From the NCBI GenBank assembly GCA_036172245.1, contig JAYWIR010000012.1, positions 2,294,001 through 2,358,000 of the forward strand: a stretch of 64,000 nucleotides of DNA, read 5' to 3'. The DNA comes from Raillietiella orientalis. Taxonomy: Eukaryota. A program made the translations under genes and the position numbers. Position 1 is the first letter of the stretch. Every line of letters starts with the position of its first letter. Positions 56,801-64,000 of this stretch are shown one piece after another. The notes under the pieces are model-generated. The model was given only the letters and a program-made list of their open reading frames with translations, ran no database searches and was not told the origin of the DNA.

Positions 56801-59800
56801 TGGGGGGAGGAAGGAGCACCAAGATCGACATGAGAACGACCTTGCAGGCAACTAAGAGGACCACTCTCAAAGTTCGAAGGACATGGAAGGATAATCCTGG
56901 GTGTAACGACGGAACAAATGATGGGTTAAGATTTCCTGCCGCAGAGGAAGCAGCAAGTTGGCTTACGAAACGACCGCGCATTGCACTCAAAGAAAGAAGG
57001 CTGACCACCACCTCTGACACGTGAGAACGAAGGCTGATGGGTTACCTCCTTCGGCGTTTCGCACCATCCCAATTGTGCCGCCAGCATACAGCACCAGCAC
57101 ACGCGATTCCTTGTTACCGGTGGACTCGGCAACCACCAAGCTATCGTTCCTCTTCAAGAGCTTGGGGATGTAGCAGGGATCGATCAGTTTCTTGTTGTGT
57201 GTCTCCCTGTAAAAGAAAAAAAAAAAAGGACGAAATCTCAAGGACTGTTTCACTTGTTAACATACTTCCTCACCATACACACCACGGTGTTCACGTACAA
57301 ATTGTCGGTCCTTCCTCGAGGACGCAATTCGAAATTTCCTACTCTTTAGGGCCGGCCTTTAGGGGGCTGCGAATGACCTCCGAGCAAACATGACGCGCCC
57401 CGGAACGCGACTCGCACTTCGTCGGGTCCCAACGAGCTGCTCGCTGTGACGCAAGCGCGTGTATAAGGTTGGACCCGCCGATGCGGAAGTCGCTTCCCCC
57501 CCTCCTTCTCCCCTCCCAACCTTTCTCAGAGACACTCCTGGAGGTGGCGTTCGCTCCGAATTTAAAAGTGAACCTTAAAATCGAGACGCAGGCGAACACC
57601 AGGATGCAACCGTCTGCGGTTCCGCACGGTCGCAGACGCTCTTCGCGTGCACAAGAAAAGATGACGGTCCTGCTGATGAACAGAAAGGTCATCATCGTCA
57701 TCGGCGGGAGGCGGCTGGTGGTTGGCCACCTCGGGAAAGCGTCCGAGGCTGCTGAGCCGGTACGGGAAGACACTGCCGGGTGCACCAGCTAAGACGAGAC
57801 CGCTGTTAACGCTGCGCATCTGGTGAAAGCCGCTCGCGCAAACGCAGACGTGCGTGTCTGCGCCCTCGGGAGAGCCAACTCCTCAATCAGAGAAAGGGTC
57901 CACTCGTGAAGAAACGAAGACCGTACCGGGCTTGCCAAAGAATAAAGCAAATGCTCGCCCCCGGATGAGATCGCATGGGTGCACCTCCGTCACGCCTCGA
58001 GAATTGCCCAGAGAGCACCCCTGGTTCGCAGAGGGCTTGAGCGTGAGTAGCCGCGAAAAAAATCCGCTTCCTCCGCGTGTCTTCCCGAAGCGGCTCGCCT
58101 CAGACGACTGCAGCCTCCCACTCTGCGCCGCTGGTGGACCTCGACTTGACAGAGACGCGTCTCCGGGGTTCGGGAAGAAGCGTGCCTTCCAGAGAGGCAG
58201 CCCGACAGGGGCTTCCTCCACGACCACGTCCTCCTCCAGACCCCCGTGGACTGAGGAGCCGTGGTCGGGATTCGCCGCCGACAGTGGCCGAGAAGTTCGA
58301 ACGTTCTCACGCCCGGGGCATCCGCTGCCGCACCCGAGACTGGAATCTGAAGGACAGGAGTTAAGCCTCTTCCGATACGTTGCCTTCCTAGAGGCAAAGG
58401 TTGCGCTGCTTCCACTCCTAGGACCGATGGAAATCCAACCTTTGCAGACCACCTACCGGACGGGAACAGCTGCTGCTGCCATTCTCCCTTCGAAGCCTAC
58501 TTAAAGGGTCATCACGTGCCTTCCAGCAAGGTCTCCCCATTTCAGCACACACGTCGAGGGTTAAAAGGGTGTCGGACTCTATCATCTCCAGCATGCGCCC
58601 GTTAGGTAAGGAATTTCCGGAGCGAGACTTCTCCATCCGGTTTGACAAAGCCATCCCGGACCTGTGCGCGTGCGCGCACCCAGTTTTTCCTCCCTCAGTG
58701 CCTTCCAGAAACTCTTTTCGAAAATTGTCCTCTCCAGGACTCCAGGAAGGGTCCAGCGTCTCTCCTTTCCCCCCAGTCCGGTCTCCGGCGTCGCCTCCCG
58801 AGACGACGCGGGCGACACGAAAGACATGCGACCAGGAACCCCATCTTCCTGTGGCGTGTCTTCCCTCGTCTGGCATATGCATCTCCTGCCTGGAATGCGG
58901 TCAAAGGAGGAAAAACTGTTCTTTCGTCCGGGGACTATGCGAGCGCGTTTGCCGGTCCCTCCCCTGCCATTCTCTTTGGAACGGTGGGAGTGAAAAATGA
59001 CGGAGCGACCTAGACATTGTCGCCTCCCCTGAGGCTGCCCGAATCCCCTTCCCAACCCGCCCCAATGCTTGTGACGCGTGCGTCAGCATCTGCAGACGTG
59101 GTGTCAGAGCAATGCAAGGCTCGGCCGCCAGGTGCTCCGATGCCTTCGCAAAAAAAAAAAGCATCCCTCCTTCTCCTCCCTGTTCCTACATCAAGGAGCA
59201 GCAAATTTACCGGTGGCTATGGTATCGCGCGTGCCGAGAAGAGGCGAGCCGCTCACCGGCTTCAAGATGTGCTGAGCGCTCGCTGCCGCGTTCCTCCCTA
59301 CTTCTCTCATCTTCCAAGACGCTCTTTCCAAAGCACCCCTTCTTGCCTTTCAGCCTTTTCGCTCCTGTGACCGGGAAAGAACGAAAGGAGTACATCTCCT
59401 CCGCTTGCTTCTGGGATTTGTGGGACCTTCCTCGCAGCCGCCTCCGCGGCAACCACGGCCACAGAGCGCGGTTATGCTCGCGCCGCAAGAGATCCGTTCG
59501 ACGGGCGAGAGCATTCGTTCTGCCCGTCGACATTCGGCACACTGTATGCTGACCGCCACTGAGCGCGCGCGCAGCGTCGAGGTGTCGCCTGACCTCTGTT
59601 CCAGGAGCTAGCGTCACGAGGCTGGCGTCCCGCGTGGCGCACGGGGAGGAACGCGCCTCGCGGTTGCCTTTGTCCTCGAAAGCCAGGCAGCACCGCAGAC
59701 GGCGGAAAAATGTCCTTTCCTCCCTTTCACTGGCAGGCTCCGTAGGAGACGACTGTCGGGATGCACCTCCGACAGCGACCTGGCGATTCGGATGTTCGGA

Positions 59801-61190
59801 CGCCCGGCTACATCTGCAGCCGCCCCGTAGGCCATCCCCAGTTCCGGTGCCCGTGCGCTTCCGTTGCGGTCTCATGCGAGGGACGGCAGACAGAGCGCAG
59901 ACGGGGAGGGGCTTGCGAATCCCCTTCGCGCCCGCGTGAGCACAAGGCAGAAAAGCGAAAAGGTCAAATAACTGGGTCGACCCTTCTCATCAGCGGCTGC
60001 TGGGTTTGATCTCACCACTCAGTTTGCGTGCGACGCCTTCTTGGCTGCTGGAACGTCCGGCACTCAGAGACATTGGTCTCTGAGCATCTCCACTCTCATC
60101 AGCCTTCCCTCACAGAGAGCCCTTATCCGAAAAACTGCCTTCTCCAAACCACGTGGCTAAGTCGCCGCCATTTCATGTTTTCCCTTTCTTTTCGGCTGGC
60201 GAAATGCAATTCCTGTGCTGCTTCAAGCTCCAGGAGGGTGCCTCGGAAGCGTAATTTTGCAACTCGTAGGAAACTTCTGGTGGCGTGGCGGCGCGCAGAT
60301 GATTTTTACTTTCGGTCGCGGTGGCACCACGACCTCCTCGCCGATCTGAAGCTGCAGGTCTCCGTTAGAGCCCGTTATCTTTACGTCTCATCTCGTGATG
60401 AATTCGTCTGCTGGGTAGGTACATGCCGTTCCGCTACTCGAGACACAGATGCGGGAAACACCTGAAGATGGCGCGGGTTGTCTCGAAAAGCATCCACAGT
60501 CGCGACCGAAGGATGCCATGGGGACCTGAGAAACTCCTACGTTTTCGCCACGTCTCCTTTCCTTTTGGATTTCGCCTTCTCGTGCTTTCAACACGGGGAA
60601 TATGCCGCCTAGAGACCTCAAAAGATTCCTGTTTGGCATGGAAACCCGGAAAAAATGGTTCCTCGTTTGCAAAAGTGAAGAACACGTGCGGACCAGCTGC
60701 TCGCTTCCGAGATTGGGAGGTCAGCCAGAGAGAAGCGCTCCCGGATGCTCCCTCACCCTACCGACAAGGAGCGGCAGCAAATACATCTCTTAGGATAGCC
60801 GATCCTCACGAAAGCAGAAATGGAACTCTTCTAAAAGTCGCTCCCTAGGGGATTTAGAGGTGAGAGGTCATCCGTTTGATCAGCGCTCGTTCACTTGCTC
60901 GCGTGCAACCTGCTGCCAGGGGAGGGAACACAGTCACACACACAAAAAAAAACAAATTCGTGGCCCGAATTTATTTCGATCGAGACAAAGGGGAGCAGCA
61001 GCTCGAGGGGAAAAAAGGGCAAAAAAGGGGGGGGGAGAACGAAAAAAAAAATCACGTCACGTGACGTACCCAACGCCGACCACTCCACTGCTCGCATTCG
61101 CTCAAACAATGCACACTGGAAACGAACACGGAACACTTACAGGAACGATTCCGAAACACATCGATTCCGACGATTACCGCTGGATCTCAT
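44854..61190 (-). CDS. ASPG: L-asparaginase / 60-kDa lysophospholipase with C-terminal ankyrin repeats, spliced gene; complement(join(61141-61190,57046-57206,52493-52613,47061-47172,46857-46982,46532-46742,46354-46466,45769-46284,45534-45658,45249-45471,44854/45003-45141))
   Basis: Type I asparaginase motifs VLY(A)[59 protein letters not shown] and NLRGE, then ankyrin repeats (GRTPLHVAC, GETPLHKAV, GYTP). All junctions are GT-AG with consistent phase. The 3' end is uncertain: read-through stop at 44854, or a splice after 45003. Confidence 0.95.
45003..45141 (-). CDS. ASPG: ASPG exon, last ankyrin repeat (3' boundary uncertain)
   Basis: AVQNNHKDCVVFLLANQVDPNVRNLYGYTPRMLAALEDRLELLELF, followed either by donor G|gtatgg or by read-through to the stop at 44854. 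Confidence 0.85.
45249..45471 (-). CDS. ASPG: ASPG exon, ankyrin repeats
   Basis: SSKSPLNYSIENFHMDVIKLLVDAGAHL...NADLSHPNLSGETPLHK. Confidence 0.93.
45534..45658 (-). CDS. ASPG: ASPG exon, ankyrin repeat
   Basis: GVHVNASDHSGRTPLHVACAEGNLRMAQFLLTKGASVHQRD; donor gtaagc. Confidence 0.94.
45769..46284 (-). CDS. ASPG: ASPG exon, asparaginase C-terminal domain and linker
   Basis: ISNFLHEPTEGVILQTYGAGN...[15 protein letters not shown]...NLRGE...LLEN; donor gtgagt. Confidence 0.96.
46354..46466 (-). CDS. ASPG: ASPG exon
   Basis: VNHRALFPP...NVTLLRLFPSITRQT. Confidence 0.92.
46532..46742 (-). CDS. ASPG: ASPG exon
   Basis: IPIFESRTDGRENLMGALIFAG...FRGNRTTKV...SPNIPPLAEVGINVK. Confidence 0.96.
46857..46982 (-). 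CDS. ASPG: ASPG exon with HGTDT motif
   Basis: [42 protein letters not shown]. Confidence 0.96.
47061..47172 (-). CDS. ASPG: ASPG exon
   Basis: ASQGQRRILYSIFEYHPLLDSSNQTIDDWIHLADDIQ. Confidence 0.93.
52493..52613 (-). CDS. ASPG: ASPG exon (not in the ORF track in this frame)
   Basis: VLVPAPNQLHETIKMFPQFHDAKYLEHLENSSCESLPLVLP matches the ASPG segment VLVP...P.FHD...LVLP; acceptor tttttag, donor CC|gtaagg; phases 1 and 2 fit both neighbours. Confidence 0.92.
54255..54321 (-). mobile_element. tRNA-derived SINE head or tRNA pseudogene in an ASPG intron
   Basis: Perfect T-arm GCGGG-TTCGAAT-CCCGC (54262-54278, B box) and an A-box-like GGTCGCGTGGCCACAGGG upstream; no acceptor-stem pairing and a shortened middle, so not a functional tRNA. 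Confidence 0.55.
56140..56400 (-). mobile_element. Possible second decayed LINE 3' fragment in an ASPG intron
   Basis: Shares CAAGAGATCC.AAC with 63132 and encodes fragments HQEI..., LGF and SKDRL.W in shifting frames. Confidence 0.3.
57046..57206 (-). CDS. ASPG: ASPG exon with GGT catalytic motif
   Basis: ETHNKK...ESRVLVLYAGGTIGMVRNAEG; acceptor ttttacag, donor G|gtaacc. Confidence 0.93.
61141..61190 (-). CDS. ASPG: ASPG first coding exon (MRSSGNRRNRCVSESF/L)
   Basis: ATG at 61190 (AGCATGA) with an upstream in-frame TAG; consensus donor CT|gtaagt; phase 2 matches the phase-2 acceptor at 57206. Confidence 0.7.
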
Positions 61191-63120
61191 GCTGCCGTCT
61201 GGGAAAGCACCTACGATTCCTCCAGGCGAGAACTACGCACTCATCGGAGACGCAAGGCCTCGCTCGGCTCCTCTTTTTCTGTCTTGCCCGCGAGACGGTG
61301 GCCTCTCTCAGAAGAAGAACACCAATGGGAACACAATCCTCAGGACGAGGCGCTTTCGGGAGGGTTTCCTCCCCCCCCCCCTCGTGCACCAACACTTGGG
61401 CGAACACTGCCACCGCGGCGGGAGGGGCGTCTGTGAGCCAGCGGCGGTGCAGACCAGCTCGTGGATGGTGACGGGCGCACACACACCCCGAGCAGAACGG
61501 AAATTCACCGCGCCACTGCAGTCTGCACGACGCTACATCGATTCGCCGGGCTTGGGGGACGGAGACGTTCGTTTTGCTGCTGCTGCCGCCGGTACACAGC
61601 CCCGATCACCGGGCCTACTCCTCCCCGGTTGGCCTGCGCTCCTCCTGTCGGACACGGAAGCGGCGCAACAATGGAAGGGGCTCGTGTCGAATGCGCGCTT
61701 GCAGGATTGCACCCTCCTCCGCGAGCGCGCACATAATCCACGTAGGGATTATTCTAAAACCGGCGAAAACGAAAAAAAAATAGCGGTGATAATCATGACA
61801 AACGAAGGAAAGCCACTCGCGTGCCGAAAAACAAAAACAAAAACAAAGGGCATAATGAAATAAACGTCAGCAGTGCAGAGGCCAACCACCAACACGTTCC
61901 CGCCTTTTCACTTTGGTTTTTTCTTTTTTTTTCCTGTTCCTCAGCGTGCGTTGTGATCTCTGGATCAAAAGTACTTTTTCCGTTCCACATGCAGTTTTAA
62001 TTTAAGACGGATGTGCGCCTCAGATCCTACAGCGTCATAACGAGTTGCACCGACAACGAAAACTCCCACAGGTTGCCACCTTGTTTTCTATTGTATCTAT
62101 TGATCAACAGTTTCCGCTCATGCTGATTACATGGCTCATCTATGCTTTACTCGGCGTGGTTGCGCAGCACCGAAAAAGCACACCCGAAAAAGCGGCAGTA
62201 GACCAAATGTGGTGTCGCCGCTGCAACGGTATGTAGCCCGAGACGGCCTGTTGCAAATCTGGAGACCCTGCCCAAGTGGGTCCATGTCGTGCGAACCGTT
62301 CCCTGCACTCGGGGAACGAACGAACCTTGCATTTCGAGAAGCATCGAGAAACGTGGAGCACGGCGTTCCCCAGAATAGGGCTGCTGCATCCATGCCGTGC
62401 AGAACGGGTGTTCGCCGCGATAAGAACATTCAAACCACACAGCTCACGGGGGAACTAATGAGCAGTAGGTTCTTTTCCTTCTTTTTTTGACGTGCACGTC
62501 GTGTTTTGTCTCCGCAAACGCTTCCTAATCTGAACCGGAAGACGAAAAAATGCACGAGCGCTAAATTGTAATGCCCGAATTGGAAAAATTCAGAGATTCC
62601 GAATAGCAGTTTCCACCCAGATTCAAGGAAACCGTCGTCGTCGCCAGGAGCAGTTTCTGCGTTACGATAGGCGAAATGTTACAAAGTGGCTCCCGGAACG
62701 ATCAATCGATACTTCCCGCTTTGCGTCCTCACAGCCAGCTAAAACAGGGAGCTAAAATCAGAGAAAGCGAATCGAAGAGTATCGAGGCAGACGGAGTGGA
62801 ACGGAGCTTTCTTTCGGTCCCGGTTGCCTTTAAGAGATTCGAGACGGGGACCTCGACCATGACCTCCGAGAGGTCATAAAGACCCACGGAATCGTCAGCT
62901 GCTCGTCAGAACAGTCCCCAGGATACCGTTTGACTGTTGAGCATGGCCCGAGCTAACGAGGAGTCGAGCGGTTTGATAGGAGTACGGTCGTTTCCCAAAC
63001 ACGCGAGCCGAGAGGTGGTCTTCAGGACTCAAGTTTCATTTCCATCCCATTTCTCATTGAACGAGAATACACGCGCAGAGTGGAATAGCATTCAAGAAAT
63101 CACGTAATAGACCGCTCTTC

Positions 63121-63472
63121 ATGCTAAACAGGCAAGAGATCCAAACTAGACATTCCTGGTGCTATAATTCGCGACTACCACATTCTCGTGGAAGAGGATT
63201 CAAACACGAATTTTCGTCCGATTCGAGCAAACTGGACAAAGAAGACGAGACTTGTCCCATGTGCTGCAAGAATGGAGGAGGGAGGCATCTTGAGTGTTGT
63301 CGGATCCAATACTTCAGAGCCAAAGGAAGACCTGCGCATCCCTAAATGAGATATCTCTTTGTGCCTCCGATGTCTGCAACTTTTGGGTGTTAGGTGGCTT
63401 GCAAGCAAAAGCTATACATGTGTGCTACACACAAGAGACTCAGAATAGAAGACAAAAAGAAAAAAAAAAAAA
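63121..63472 (+). mobile_element. Decayed 3' end of a non-LTR retrotransposon with A-rich tail
   Basis: Broken peptide RQEI...YNSR...KEDETCPMCC...HLECC...HKRL resembles, from memory, the C-terminal Cys/His knuckle region of arthropod LINE ORF2; ends in an A-run at ~63454-63472. Confidence 0.45.
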
Positions 63473-64000
63473 TAGGAATAGCATGTGAAGAATTCTTTCG
63501 CTATGGACTGCCGAGAAAAAGACTTTCCTCCTTTCTTTGTATCCATAGTACTTTTCGCCTATATGAACATAGGTCGAATTTTTATCGGATTGCTCTTTGA
63601 AGCAGGTTCCTTGTCACGCCCTGATTTCTTTTTCGTCGCTTGCTTAAGTTTTCGCAAAAGTTGCTGGTATAGCATTCTTCTGCTGAGGTTGCATATGCCA
63701 TTTTCATTCGTCTAGTGTTGATTCCCAATTGTAGCACCTACATGGTATGCCTCGTCTCTGCAGAATTTAATATGTGGTGGCTTTCGCGCATATCTGGGAT
63801 TCCAAACTGAATCTCCGAGTTTCATCTCTTTAGCTATCTAATAACTTCTTCACTCTCTCCTCTTGGACTTCTCTTTAGGAAGCTACATGGACCACAGATT
63901 TCTGTGATTGGGGCTCACGGCGCTCGGAATCGTTGGCTGGCTGGCAATATCGAAATCTTAGGACCCACGCCTCGAACACGGATTTTTTTTCCTGCAAAAG

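Noticed and set aside
57268..57276. ATG|gtgagg as the ASPG first exon
   Set aside because: Phase 0 does not fit the phase-2 acceptor at 57206, and the phase-2 frame has a stop and no ATG; the 61141-61190 exon fits properly.

Overview
Eukaryotic (animal, probably arthropod; inferred from the ERR sequence) genomic DNA, mostly very GC-rich with many microsatellites and a less GC-rich right end. Two intron-containing genes can be rebuilt by hand with GT-AG splice sites and consistent phases. (1) An estrogen-related receptor (ERR/NR3B) on + at about 5075-11512: 9 coding exons, about 452 aa, a canonical DNA-binding domain but a divergent ligand-binding domain. (2) An L-asparaginase/60-kDa lysophospholipase with ankyrin repeats (ASPG) on - from 61190 to about 44854: 11 coding exons, last exon uncertain. 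The ~33 kb between them has no recognisable protein domain. It holds a ~400-bp-arm inverted repeat, small tandem repeats, enhancer-like AT-rich islands and several orphan exon-like segments. Orphan minus-strand exons at 2625-2687 and 42217-42333 suggest a third transcript, either divergent from ERR or hosting it in an intron. ERR has up to three candidate first exons and a perfect ERR response element upstream. Decayed SINE/LINE fragments lie in and upstream of ASPG. There are no prokaryotic features or CRISPR arrays, and most long six-frame ORFs look like GC-content artefacts. All alignments and counts were done by eye.
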